The position numbers and the translations under genes are program-made. A stretch of 64,000 nt of DNA from Octopus sinensis. Lineage: Eukaryota. Below, one piece after another: positions 12,070 to 25,668 of this stretch (position 1 is its first letter; every line of letters starts with the position of its first letter). The notes under the pieces were generated by a model that searched no databases, had not been told where the DNA came from, and saw nothing but the letters and a program-made list of their open reading frames with translations. The stretch spans positions 91,264,001 to 91,328,000 of the forward strand of contig NC_043003.1 in assembly GCF_006345805.1 (NCBI RefSeq), written 5' to 3'.

Positions 12070-13075
12070 ATGCATACACATACATGTCAGTATATACCTA
12101 TATATATATGTACATACATACACACTCATACACATACACACACACACACAGACATACATCTATGCACACACATATATACACACATACTCACATACATTCA
12201 TCGGACACACTGCCACCCAGACATATACACAGACACACTCACACATCCACACACATACATACTTACGCGCATACTCGCAGGCGCGCGCACACACGCGCTT
12301 GCGCCGGTTCGCGCACGCATACGCGCCGCATGCACCTCGCTCTTGGACCCGACGAGGCCTCCCGCTCGCCTGGGACCGTCGCTTGTCGTTGGGTTTTCCC
12401 ACGCCCGTCTCCGCGGGACCACTCTTCCATCTTCCCCTCAGCTGGAGTCCTTTTTCCTTAACCCACCCCCCCCTTTTTGTTACACACACGCGCACACATA
12501 TACACACATTGCTTAAATATATACATTACTCTTACACACATTCAATCTACTCGCCATTAATACTACCACGACACTGGACACACACACACACTACTACTCA
12601 ACACACGCTGGCACGCTACATACGCCCCCACCCCTTCCCCTCCCTCCCTTCCTCCTTCCTTCTTTTTCTTACTACTGACCATTGTCTGCTATGCCGACCA
12701 CTGTCTCGCCCTACCTCACACGCCTACACACAGACGCACACACTAACACATACATATATTTTTTGTTTTTTTATCTCGCCTCACACACACACATACACAC
12801 ACGCACACGCACACACTCACACATACACACACATCTGTTGCGTTACCAACCTTGTCTCCACTCTTTTGCCTTTAAAAACCTACTTTGCTCTTGTTATCGT
12901 AAACTTCCGCCTTTCACCATGTGTAACTCGTAAACACCAGTCGTTTTTTTCTCTATCCCTGTTGCCCGCTTTGGGATCTTTCTTTCCTCTCTCTTCCTTC
13001 TTTATGTTTCCGACGAAGAGCTCCGCTCGAAACGTCATACCTCCCTGCTTCCATTTCCTGAGCGCCTATTAATAA
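12070..13075 (+). mobile_element. Probable Penelope-type pLTR-derived non-autonomous element ending in a minimal hammerhead
   Basis: CA-rich and GC-rich body followed by the hammerhead motif at 13004-13040; family assignment inferred from that motif. Confidence 0.4.
13004..13040 (+). ncRNA. Minimal type I hammerhead-like motif
   Basis: CCGACGA-A-GAGC(UCC)GCUC-GAAAC-GUC|AUAC; palindromic helix III ACGU, GUC triplet; U4 replaced by C. Confidence 0.6.
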
Positions 13076-13178
13076 TAATACTGTAATTGTTCCATTGTTG
13101 TTGTTTTTTTGTTTTCCCGTTTGGATTAAAATTATATATATATATATATATATATAATATACATAAATATACATATAC

Positions 13179-13209
<31 letters not shown>

Positions 13210-13275
13210 TATAATATACATATACATATATATATGTGTGTAATATATATATATATTATATATATATATATATAT

Positions 13276-13332
<57 letters not shown>

Positions 13333-13335
<3 letters not shown>

Positions 13336-13525
13336 GGCTGCCTCCTCGTTATCGAGTATGGCCATTGCATGAAGCTTAACTGTTATTGGTGCTGTGATCG
13401 AATGTGACTTTTTAGCCCAGCTAAAGATCTACAATGTCTTGTACAGAATTGGCAACTACAACCTTTACTGGTAATAGCCGGCTGTAGTTGTAACTAGGCT
13501 TCATGTACCTTTGCATGTCATTTAA
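13333..13525 (-). mobile_element. RTE LINE 3' end fragment
   Basis: Translates [22 protein letters not shown], followed by tail gcaatggccatactcgataacgaggaggcagcca. Confidence 0.75.
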
Positions 13526-14126
13526 GTCCTAATATATATATATATACATATATATATATACATACATACATACACAGATATATACACATATATACCCCTA
13601 CATACATACAAACCAGTACAAACATCACATACACAAAAGTGTACTGAAGTCTATACATAATATCTAATATACAAGAAAGATAACATAAAATATTACTTAA
13701 AACTACCACATGCATGCACACAAATATACCTACATGAATAAATAAACATATATATATATACATATGCATCTACATATATACAAATCCAATAGTGACCACA
13801 ATATGTTTAGTACATTGACACATACTTTGTGCATAACTATATACTAAAAAACAAGTGTAAATATATATCGATATACATAAATATAAAGATATATTTACAA
13901 ACAAGTACAAGTATATAAAGAATGTACAAATATGTACACACAAATAAACATTTATATAAAAATATATAAATATATAAACATATTCATATACAAATACATA
14001 TATTACACACATATACATACATATACAAAAGATGATATGCCCATAACCCATTACAATTTCTTACTCCTAAATATAATAAAGTAAAAATGCTCATAATAAC
14101 TATTTGCATCTATTTCAAAGGGTATT

Positions 14127-17100
14127 TTATACTAAGTATTGTTTGTATCTAGAGAAAGTATACCCCAATTTATGAAGACATGAAACATTCCATTCCTTAA
14201 GATTATTAATAATCGGTAAATTAGTCCTAATTATAAAGAAAATCTCATTAATGCATAATGAGCATTTTCTGTTCCTATTATTATATGCTGGTGCAGATAT
14301 AAGTATTTTCCATTGCAAATTGTAATTGAATTTTTTATTCTTAAGCTCCCATATATATGCACTTAACCCTGTAGAATTACTCCTATTTCTATTTTTAAAA
14401 ATATTCTGTGATAATTAAGTCTCTGTTTCAAATTATTCTTAGTAGTCCTAATATAGACTCTATTATCATATTGTGTACTTTTCATGCAGCCATTATTAAA
14501 TACACAATTTTCTCTAATTCTACAATTGCACCTATTAGCTTGTTGTAGTTGCTTTATTTTATTATGATTAATTTCTACTGCATTATTTTTAATATTATTA
14601 TTGTTAATATTATTATCATTAACACTTATTATTCCCATATCCATCGGCATGTTATTATTGATAATATTGCTCTTATTTATGTTATATTTTATGTTATTAT
14701 TATTATTACCTATGGTGTTATCATTACTAATTCTATTAATATTATCCATTCTATTATTATTCGTTATAGTATTACTATTACTATAGTTTCCATTTCGATT
14801 ACTATTACTTATATTGTTATAATTATATCTTAAGTTATAGTAAGGCACATTTGTGTTACCTAAATTATTTATTTTATTTAGATAGAAATAATCAAGTTTT
14901 TTATTATTAATTGAGGATATTGATGGTGGCCAGATTATGAGTAAGGCTGTATCCTATTCTAATAGTTTTATTATTAATTATGTCACAATATTTGTTCTTT
15001 CCTTTTCCAAAATGCTTGTTTATTAAATTGAAAATATTTCTTACTACGTTAGTTTTAATTTGCATGGCATATGGAATTATTAACCACAGTGTATCAGTAA
15101 TGTTATATTGATTACACGGCTTACCTATATTATTTATAAATTCCCTATTCTTATTATTTCTTCTGTACTTTCTACAATCAGTAAAATTGTTATTATTATA
15201 ATTTTGACTAAATGCTTTATTGTAGTTATTATTGTTATCATAGTTCTTATTAACTTTACTATTTCTATTATTATTATTAATATTATAATTATTAATATTT
15301 AATATATGATCTTTAATCCCGTTTACACTATTATTAGTATTATTTCTATTCATATTAATATTATATTTGTGATTATTCTTTTTATTTGGATTATTGTTAT
15401 GCATGTCTAACCAATGTTTATTTGTAGTTGTTAATTTATTCTTAGTATTAAGGTTGTTATTGGGGATATATTTTATTTTAACATTATATCCTGCCCTATG
15501 TAATGCTGAGTTATACTTTTCACTGGGTCTATTAAATATCTCTTCATTCAAGGAAAGATTAGAAATCCTTTTACTTATGTTTAGTAGTAGTGCTTTTTTA
15601 ATTTGTGGAGGGTGATTACTAGAATTTTGTTTCACATAAGGTTCATGGAGTCCAGTATTGAGGTTACAATTAACATCGAGATAATTAATAGAATAATTCT
15701 CATTTTCAATAGTAATGGATAGGCCGAAACTCTTAAAAAATTTATGCAATCGTTTCTTGAGTATTTCTAGTCTTCTATTCGATAGGTTCTTAACTAAAAA
15801 TAAAGTGTCGTCTCTATAGAGGCCGCCATTTAATTCAGGGAATTCTCTACTTAAATTATCTAATAAATAACTCCCTACTAAATCAGTCGTTTCCGCTGAA
15901 TCCGGCAAACCCATTGTAATGTCAAATAAGTCAGGCATATCCTTCCTAGCCCATAATTTATTATCGAATTCTATAACTGTTTTTCTTGCCGTCAAAATTA
16001 CCTTAATTTCTTTCATGCTAATATTAGTATATTTTCTTACAAAAATTAAAACTTTGTTAAGTATTATTGGGTTAATTGATGAGTAATAATTTTGGATATC
16101 AAATTGAATTAATTTATGGTTAATACTGTTATAAACCTTAATACTGGAAAACCATTCCCAAGCACCTTATGTATTCTTCCATAAATTAAGCTTAATTTTA
16201 TTTCTTATAATAGGTATGTATTTATCTAGAATTAATTTACTTAATTTACCTAAGTCCGATTTATTTGGACAGATTAATCTAACCTGAGTAATATTAGGGA
16301 AATTATCTTTATGGTCTTTAATCATTATTCGTGGTCTATTTATCTTCTAGATTATAATCATACATAATATTTCTAGCTTCCAAATTCAATTTTCTAAGTG
16401 TATCAAAATTGTAATTGAATTTTTTATTCTTAAGCTCCCATATATATGCACTTAACCCTGTAGAATTACTCCTATTTCTATTTTTAAAAATATTCTGTGA
16501 TAATTAAGTCTCTGTTTCAAATTATTCTTAGTAGTCCCAATATAGACTCTATTATCATATTGTGTACTTTTCATGCAGCCATTATTAAATACACAATTTT
16601 CTCTAATTCTACAATTGCACCTATTAGCTTGTTGTAGTTGCTTTATTTTATTATGATTAATCTCTACTGCATTATTTTCAATATTATTATTGTTAATATT
16701 ATTATCATTAACACTTATTTGTAATTTCTCTGAGTAATAACTCATGGTAAGTCTGAGTGTCAATGTTGTATATATTACTAGTTTTATCCGAATGAGTTAA
16801 GATACTATCTTTACTCTTAAGAGTTCTGATAATTTCCTTCAATTTCCTTTGGTATGGATTATTCCTTAGTGGGTGATTCTTGAACTTAATATTCCTAATG
16901 GTACTCCATAAATCCTGCTCGAAGTTATCCAAGTATTTATTGGGTGGTGGTGCTTTTCTTGATTTAAAAGAATTACTAGTAAATTCAATTATTTCTTCAT
17001 AATTACTTCTTATTCTAGTGTAGTTGTGGTCGTTTTTATCTTCATAGGTCAATTTTGTGATATTTTTCTCATGGTTGTAGATTTTCCATCTAATCCTGTG

Positions 17101-17217
17101 GATAAATTCATTAATCCTATATATTAGTTCCTTGGTGTAATGGTCCTTGGTTGGTATGGGTATATCTTTCAGTGATGAATCAATCCATATTTTCTCCATT
17201 TTTCCAACAGTATTCAT
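14127..17217 (-). pseudogene. Penelope RT + GIY-YIG endonuclease ORF (frameshifts, stops, internal duplication)
   Basis: ORFs 16708-17217, 14907-16016, 14363-14848 and 14127-14318 are consecutive parts of one PLE protein. Confidence 0.88.
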
Positions 17218-17682
17218 TTTCAGGAATTAATATACTATACTTAAATGCATTCACTTATACTAGCAATACTTCAAATATTGCATAGATAATTCATACATAT
17301 ATAAGTATTAGCAATAGATATTCCTCAAATAATTAACTTTATAGTACAAAGTAAGATAGGGGTTATGGGTATAACCTACTATGGGATATCAATTATCCAA
17401 TATACTGTTGGTAAATTACCCAAATTCTTAATAAATAAATGTTTTTAATTGCAATGCAATTAATTCATTCATTGTATTAAACGGGTGAAAGTAAAGAAAT
17501 ATTTTTACCTTAAATTTATAATACAAATAAGAAAATGGAGAAACAAATTTAGTTTGTTCATCAACTTATGGATATTATAATGTTAGATTATCAAAAGCTT
17601 ACAAAATATTATGTAAATCAATGATAAGATAATAATACAAATACAGATTTTAAAAATCATATTATAAATTATTGAAATCCAT

Positions 17683-17832
17683 AAACTACTTCTTACAGCT
17701 GTTTCAGCCTATGATCAAATGTGAATCCACTTTACATTGCCTATAGATGTCAACATATTAGGGTTGTAGGCATTTAAAAAAATATATAATACTTATATGT
17801 TAAAAGAACCATAGGCCTCGTCAGAGGTTATA
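17683..17832 (-). ncRNA. Type I hammerhead-like motif with long helix II insert, upstream of the PLE ORF
   Basis: CUGACGA (17824-17818), helix II GGCCUAUGGU/GAUCAUAGGCU, GAAAC-AGCU-GUA; helix I weak. Confidence 0.65.
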
Positions 17833-17934
17833 ATTAACTTTAAAAATATAATAATAATATTAATATACTAAACATGCTGCAAGTATTACTTAATATATAC
17901 AGATAAACAATAAACAGATATCCAAATATATATA

Positions 17935-17973
<39 letters not shown>

Positions 17974-18261
17974 AAAAGTACATATATACATACATATACA
18001 TACATATTAACTTAGTTTTTGCAGTGTTGCGCCAATCAGCTCATTTGCATACGCAAGTCGCTGTAGGATCGACTACCTACGACTGGCTAGCGCGGATGCG
18101 CAGATGCGTGTGTGCGCAAACCGGGTCCAGTCTACGCAACTAATACCCAATTCACATATACACAAGCATACATTCATACATGTGAATGAAAATACTCTCG
18201 CATGCTGTCCTCCATTTTCTTACTTGTATTATATATATATATCTATATACACACACACACA

Positions 18262-18812
18262 CGAGGATGAGTCAAAAAATAACGCCATTTTGTTTAGGAC
18301 AGGTATAATTACCAACACAGGAACATGTGTCATACATCAAAATGAAGCTGGTCCTCTGTGGATCACATCCCTACTTCTCAACATAGTCACCATTTCTCTC
18401 AACAGCCATGTTTCACCTTCGAATGAGAGCATGTATCCCTGCCCTATAAAATTCTGTTGACTGTTCTTTGAGTCACTTTTTCACTACAGTTTTCACTGCC
18501 TCCTCATGGACTATCATCTCTTAGGCCCCATGAAAGAGGGCTTGAGAGGCAAACATTATTCCAGTGATTAGGAAGTGAAAACTGTAGTGAACAAGAAGTG
18601 GTTCAAAGAACAGTCAACAGAATTTTACAGGGAAGGGATACATGCTTTCATTCGAAGGTGGAACATTGCTATTGAGAGAAATGGTGACTATGTTGAGAAG
18701 TAGAGATGTGATCCACAGTGGACCAGCTTGATTTTGATGTATGATACATGTTCCTGTGTTGGTAATTATACTTGTGCTAAACAAAATGGCATTACTTTCT
18801 GACTCACCCTCG
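18262..18812 (+). mobile_element. Internally deleted mariner
   Basis: TIRs cgaggatgagtcaaaaaataacgccattttgtttag / ctaaacaaaatggcattactttctgactcaccctcg; internal HLLGPMKEGLRGKHY..RWNIAIERNGDYVEK. Confidence 0.85.
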
Positions 18813-18985
18813 TATATATATAGGGAGAGAGAGAGAGAGTAGAGAGATTATGAGAGGTAATGGTGTCAATAAGACCCAAAGGTGTCAAGTAATGCTGAGT
18901 AAGTGCTATGGACTGACTATAGTTAAGCTCCAGGTTCGGTGATTATACGAATGAGGAGCCCAACGCAGGTCATATATTTGCATGT

Positions 18986-19205
18986 GTCATCATCATCATC
19001 ATCGTCGTTTAACGTCCGTTCTCCATGCTAGCATGGGTTGGACGGTTCGACCGGGGTTCTGGGAAGCCAGAAGGCTGCACCAGGCTCCAGTCTAATCTGG
19101 CAATGTTTCTACAGCTGGATGCCCTTCCTAACGCCAACCACTCCGTGAGTGTAGTGGGTGCTTTTTACGTGCCACCTGCACAGGTGCCAGGCGGGGCTGG
19201 CACCT
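18986..19205 (-). mobile_element. 3' UTR fragment of the RTE family at 33757 and 11045
   Basis: (CAT)n then cgtttaacgtccg..ggatgcccttcctaacgccaaccactccgtgag, the reverse complement of that 3' UTR. Confidence 0.85.
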
Positions 19206-19235
19206 GTATATATAAAAAATTTTGAAATATTTTGG

Positions 19236-19605
19236 AACATTTATAAATAGGTCTTACAGCTGTTTCTGCGGAGAGGGTGTGAGAAAATGGTTAAGCATAA
19301 GATATGAAATGGAGGAATGAAAATAGACATGAGATATACAGGGATATTGCATCTGTAGATCCATTATTTAGGCAGAATGGTATACATATAAGATTCCAGT
19401 ACCTCGTGAGTAAGTTCCAATAGTATTTAAAATCTACAGATACAATATCCCTGCATATCTCATGTCTATTTTCATTCCTCCACTTCACTCTCTATTTCAT
19501 ATCTTATCTAGAATAACTATTGCTTAACCAGTTTCTCACAGTGTCTCCGATGAAGGGATATATAAAATATTCCGGAAACAGCTGTAAGACCTATTTATAA
19601 ATGTT
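19236..19605. repeat. 370-bp fold-back whose arms end in hammerhead sequence
   Basis: Perfect 31-bp terminal inverted repeat (19236-19266 / 19575-19605) plus further inverted blocks inward; plus-strand core at 19541-19590. Confidence 0.85.
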
Positions 19606-20338
19606 TACAGCCGTGGTTTGTTTTTTATCTCATTCTGAAAATTTATATACATACATACATACATGCATGCATGCATATATACATACATACATACATACAT
19701 ACATACATACATACATAAACTGGGATTTTCAGAAAGAGAAATCGACCGGCTAATTCGTACATCACAAGTGCAATCTGTGAGTGAAATAGTAAAAATATGC
19801 AAGACTTTCTCAAGTTCCAAGTGTGAATTTGTCTGTGCTAACTACATCCCAAAGATGGAGCCTTGTATCTTTGTTGGAAACCGGTTCCCTTCTCTGTGAA
19901 AGATTTATAATAATTAAAAAATAGAAGAGACATACATACCAGCTTTCTGTCGTAGATATTGAATCAATAAAACGTGTCAGGTGAAACAAATAAATATAAG
20001 CAATATAAACAAAAGTTAGATATCCCAATCTTTACATGTGTTTGCAATGGTGCATACACTTAAATGAATCAACGTTTGAAATCTAGGTATTACGTATAAC
20101 ATCATTATAGATTTATTCCATTATATCCTAAAACCATTGGCTAAGTACCTATTCATAATAAATCTTAATTGCTATGAAATATTCTTGTTGTTTTTCTTTG
20201 ACTTTTTCTTTAATCTGTATCAGAAAACGCCAGGATCAGTCTATCAAATTTCCAGAGGCATGCAATGAGTCATCATGGTCATATGCTAATTCCGCATTTT
20301 CTGGAGAATCAGGCGTAAGTATATTTTTACATATTGTT

Positions 20339-20703
20339 CTAGCAGTATCACCCGGCTTTGCCCGAGATTAAGTTAGGATTATTAAGCTAATGAAGTTGTT
20401 TTTTTTTTCAAACAAAACTAACATCAACGTCAAATTTGGGCGAAATCCGTTGAAATTGGTTTATATATATATATATATATACATATATATAAATGGAGTT
20501 TAACGCAGGTGCAATTCAAACACTCTTATTTTTATTTGAATTACACCTGTTCAACTCCATTTATTTATTTATATTTCACGTAAACCCGAGGTTTCTACCT
20601 TTAAAAGAAAAGAGTTACAACCTCTTTACTTGTGTGATTTTTTGCTACCCTGGTAACTATCTATTTTTTCCGTGTTAATTGTTAACAAGGGGAAAATAGA
20701 TAG

Positions 20704-20761
<58 letters not shown>

Positions 20762-21217
20762 CGGTTAGTTTATTGACTACTGTAGTTTATTAACTGCAGA
20801 GTAATTTCCGATCTCAGCGCGCCAAAGTGAAGGCATTTGAAAGATACACATAAATATAATTTGTGGAACTCTATGCAATGCTAGATTTCAGTCGAGCGCC
20901 CTGTATCTAGTTCTAGAAATTGCGTTTCATAAACGACAGACTATGCTGATGATCTTGCAGATGTTTATGTATTCATATACGTAAATTATTAACAAGTGAA
21001 ACTAATTAGTACAAAGTTAATCGTTTTTTATTTTGGATATTTTCATTTGTCTTGCTTATTTTTACGCTTTGGTTTTTTGCTGAATTTCTTCTTGAGAACA
21101 CAATCTCCGTGGAAAATGGCGATTTTGACGTCTATTTTTAGTATGCAGGCTGTCCACTTTTAGTGGTCAATCCTCTAAATTTTGTATGTACATATATATA
21201 TGTATGTATATATATAT

Positions 21218-21265
<48 letters not shown>

Positions 21266-22292
21266 TATGTCAGGTCACTTTCGAGTGCTACTGGTAACAT
21301 GAAACCCAGTACAACCTGTTGCATGGTCGGGTTGTCGGCGACTAAACTGGCAACCCCACCTAGCTTGCTTGGTGAGGAGGGTGTTTATTGGACACCCTAC
21401 GGGATGAAAAACAAAACCCGTCAAAGGGCGGAGGAACTCTTGAGAGTCAACGGTCATCCAATAAATGACTTAAGGCTGTATCATGCGCAGGGACATAGAA
21501 ATAATCGGACTGAATACCCGATCACACGGTTAAACCATTTGGTGTGTAGGACTCTTAGCCTTTGTTAGGGCATCCTTCTAGGAGAAGGTAACTCAGGTAA
21601 CTGGGATAACTCCGACATAAAACCTGCGGCTCAGTGGTTACCGATGATGTTGACTTGTTCTTCTTTTCGGATTATGGCTGCTGTTGCTTAGTGAGTGGGA
21701 TTGACTCAGTGCACAGCCTTTCCTCACTTTAAAAAAAATCTTCTTGCACAGGCATTGCGCGATAACAACATTGATTAAGCTTCGTGCAATGGCCATACTC
21801 AATAACGAGGGGGCAGCCACCATTTATGTATGTACGTATGTATGTATGTATGTATGTATGAGGGGGCAGCCACCATATATATATGGGCAACACACACACA
21901 CAAACACACACGTATGTACGTACACCTATTGCATACATGTTTTGTACGCAATAATGTCCTTGTGTGTGTGTGTGCTGCTCGTATATCAACAAAACACTTA
22001 CCTCGATGGATAAAAAACAAAAGTCTTAACAAAAACTTACTCATCGCTAGACTTCTGTTTGCAAACAATGGTGATTTCTCCGACTTCAAAAATTGTTAAA
22101 AGTTTTGGTTGAAACTTTATTTTTACTGCTATTTGCTGGTGCCTCTGGGGAAAATAAGTTGACGAAAATACTGCTAGGATCATGACGAATGTCCTCCTAA
22201 AATTTGAGCGACATGCGTGCTAATTTGTGGACGTGCATAAATTACATTCATGCACACAAACACACACACATCCTGTCTTTTATATATACAGA
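20339..22292 (-). mobile_element. Non-autonomous Helitron-like element carrying later insertions
   Basis: Minus strand begins A|TC at 22292 (tctgtatatataaaagac) and ends with GC hairpin ctcgggcaaagccggg then CTAG at 20339. Confidence 0.5.
21268..21825 (+). mobile_element. ~550-bp non-autonomous RTE-derived retroelement, copy B
   Basis: Inverted copy of 5849-6402, roughly 90% identical by eye. Confidence 0.75.
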
Positions 22293-22855
22293 TTATAAAA
22301 TCCAATGACTAACAACCACGATACCGTGACTTAGCGCATAGGAAAAGGATTAACTACATTTCTAAGCTCGATTTCACACATTGCGGGGGGTGGGGGTGAG
22401 TGTGCTGTGTCTGTATATATGTGTATGTACACACACACATATACACACACATACACACACACACACGTGGACACATATCTGGATATACTTGTTGAGGGCG
22501 TGGCTGTGTTTGAGAAGCTTTCTTACCAACAATGTGGTATCGCGTTCCAGTCATTGCACCCAGTCTTGAGTAAGACTATAGCCCCAAGCCGACTACAGCT
22601 TTGTAACTTGTGAGTGAATTCGGTTGACGGTAACCCATAGTATACGTGTGTGTGTGTGTGCGTATGTGTGTGTGCGCATGCGTATATGTGCGTATATATA
22701 TGTATGTATGTATATATATATATATATACATGCATACACACACACATATATATATACATACACATGCATATATATATAAATATATATATATATATACATT
22801 TGCATGTGTAACGTAACAGTTTAGAAAAAAAACAGAATGTATGTATGTATATATG

Positions 22856-23700
22856 TATATATAAAAAATACAAAAATGGGACAAAAACGCAAAATATCCA
22901 GATAATTAGGTGATACAAAAAAGGAACAACAAAACATCCAGACAGACGTTACAATGAAAACAAGGACGGGTCATTCGGAGTTTTCTTTTCTCAGTCGAGT
23001 TCCAGATTATCTTTGCAATTTCGGCTGGTTATGCTCGAGATTGCTCCAATCTGGCCAGCCTCAAAGAAAAACTAAGCTAAGAGCACTAGATTCCTTGGAA
23101 GAAAGCAGCAAATGTATGCGAAAACAAGAACGGAAATAAACAGAGAAATGGTACACAAATACAAATAACAGGACATTAACAACGGGTGTCTTTCGACTAG
23201 GAACAAATTAGATTAATCTGGTATGTGTGGAAGTAAGGCCTTATGGCAGGGGCATAAGATTTGACAGGCACAGGGAGGAATATAGATGTTGCATGGATGG
23301 TAGTCGAACCAAGAAAGAAAAGTCAGGCTTGACCAAACACCAGTCACATTGGGAGAGAAGAGAGAGAGGTAGAGGCAGAGGAATAGAAGAATTAAGGAGG
23401 GGCGAGGAAAAACTGAATGGGACAGATGAACGAAGTAAGTGCGAAGGGGCTGATAGAAAAAATGAAAGAATGGAAAGAATAATAGAGTCGTACAAAATTT
23501 AGATGTATATATACTTACATATAAGAAACCAAAGTGTATGTACGCTGCTATACTTTTATATATAAAAAATACAAAAATGGGACAAGAACGCAAAACATCC
23601 AGACAATTAGGTGATACAACAAAGGGATAACAAAACATCCAGACAGATGATACAAAGAAAACAAGGACAGGTCATTTGGAATTTTCTTTCCTCAGTCAAG
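22856..23700. repeat. Unclassified repeat bounded by ~145-bp direct repeats; partial copy at 27925-28078
   Basis: tatataaaaaatacaaaaatgggacaa..ttttct..tctcagtc at 22856-23000 and 23557-23700. Confidence 0.6.
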
Positions 23701-24207
23701 ATGTATATAAGTACCTATTCATAATAAATCCGAATGTATTCTCATGCATGTAGTTGCATATCTAGACATGTGCATTATACTTAAATGATAAACTTCTGCA
23801 AAGTATTACAAATCTTTACAGTTCCAGGATGGCTTGCATCGGTTGTCTTCAAATGTATATGCATATGAGTCATTGTGCGTCATTGTGCACAATTGTCTTG
23901 ACATCATATTATGGCTGTAAATAAGCATTACCGTTGTATAGGCAGAGTTGTTTCCAGTCTTCCATGTAAAACATGGCTGGGGAGAGATTACCTTACCTAG
24001 AAACAGGTGAGGGTTAAGGACAAGAAGGTATCCTGCAGTAGAAAATTTGCGTCAACAAATTCCATCTGATCCATGCATGCATGTATGTATGTATGTATGT
24101 ATGTATGTATGTATGTATGTATGTATGTATGTATGTGTATGTATGTATGTATGCATGCATGCATGTATGTGTGTATGTATGTATGTATGTATGTATGTAT
24201 GTATGTA

Positions 24208-24238
<31 letters not shown>

Positions 24239-24357
24239 GTGTGTGTATGTACATATGCATGTACATTCCCAACCAAACAATAAAAAACATAGTTCAATAA
24301 AAGATAAAACACATTACTTAAGATATAGAATTTATATATTTATATATATATATACAC

Positions 24358-24392
<35 letters not shown>

Positions 24393-25637
24393 CAGTGTGT
24401 CCCAAAAAATGTATGCACACTCTAAACAATTGTAAAGTAGTTGTTTATTAAAAGACACTTCATTTTCAAAATTTAATAGAATCTACAGACATTATTTTAT
24501 TGTTTTGTCAATGCCTGTTTTCAAACTGATGTCCGGTCTGGTCCAGGCACTGCTGACAACGCAAAGGAATGGAATCACAAATATCACAAAAGAATTTGTT
24601 TGGTATTTGTGTGCACTCTCATCTAATGGCTGCTCTCAAATCAGCGACTTGTAGGTTTCATAGCGTAGAATTTGTCTTTAAGGTATCCCCATAAAAAAGT
24701 CTAGTGGTATGAGGTCTGGTGAATTCAACCATACCTCTTCATCCAATCCACCTGTTTAGCAAGATCTCATCAAGGAAGGATCTAACATAGCAATGGTAGT
24801 GTGGGGATGCCCCATCTTGCTGAAAATAAAACTCCTCATCTTCAAAGTCTTCTCTAATGCTTGGCATAACAGACTGTTGCAACAAGTTCAAGTAAACGGG
24901 ACCAGTCACAGTAGCATAACAAAAGAATGGTTCAATTAATCCTCTTGATGATAAACCACACCACACAAATATCAAATTAACATGGTGTTTCACCATAACA
25001 TGCAGATTCTCAGGACCCCAGTAGGTGCAATTGTGGCAGTTAATTGAACCATTTAATTTAAATGTGGCTTCATCACTCCACACAATCTTTATTGGAAAGT
25101 GTGCAGCTTCTACACATCGTTCCAAGTACCACTCGCAATGCTGCACTCTTTCGTCTGGATCATCATCATTAATAGCATGGACTAATCTTGGAATGTAACT
25201 TTTCCATTGACAATGCTTCAAAATGCATTGGACAGATGATTTTGGAATACCTACCTCATGACTCGCTTTAACGCACAGATTTTCTTGGACTTTGGTGATT
25301 CATTTCCAGTACTCCTTGCTTTGTTGGGGTTGTTGATGTTCGGGGTCTTCTGGAATGCTTATCGTGGACATTCTGAACAGTTCCATCAGCTTCAAACTTA
25401 TCTCTAATTCAAGTGATAGGGAGTTGCATTGGTGGATCTGTTTGAAACTCCCTCCCCAACTGTTTTTGCACTTCAACTGCATTTTCACACTTCTAGTATC
25501 ATTTTAGAATGAATTTTCTTTGTTCAAAGCTTAATCTGACTGCCATCATTAAATCCTATAGGTTTCATCTGGAAAGAAAATATATCAATTGAGTTATCAG
25601 CTGCTAAAGTGTGTATACATTTTTTTGGGACACCCTG
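24393..25637 (-). mobile_element. Tc1/mariner-superfamily transposon, rosa (DD41D)-like, decayed
   Basis: TIRs cagtgtgtcccaaaaaatgtatgcacac / gtgtgtatacatttttttgggacaccctg in TA arrays; [32 protein letters not shown] spacing not countable because of a deletion. Confidence 0.85.

Positions 25638-25668
<31 letters not shown>

Larger units (their letters stand above)
14050..17870 (-). mobile_element. Near full-length Penelope-like element, Naiad-type
   Basis: N-terminal KDIPIP..EFIHRIRWK; RT motifs KDHKDNF, SDKT, FDIQNYYSSI, ITMGLPDSAE, YRDD; C-terminal CNCR, YIG..LKQR..H, KCSLC..CLH; hammerhead upstream. Confidence 0.9.

Noticed and set aside
14127-17217. Selenocysteine recoding, reported for some Naiad elements
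   Set aside because: The conserved Cys positions I checked (CNCR, KCSLC, CLH) are ordinary Cys codons, and the breaks I examined are TAA stops or frameshifts. No SECIS search was possible.
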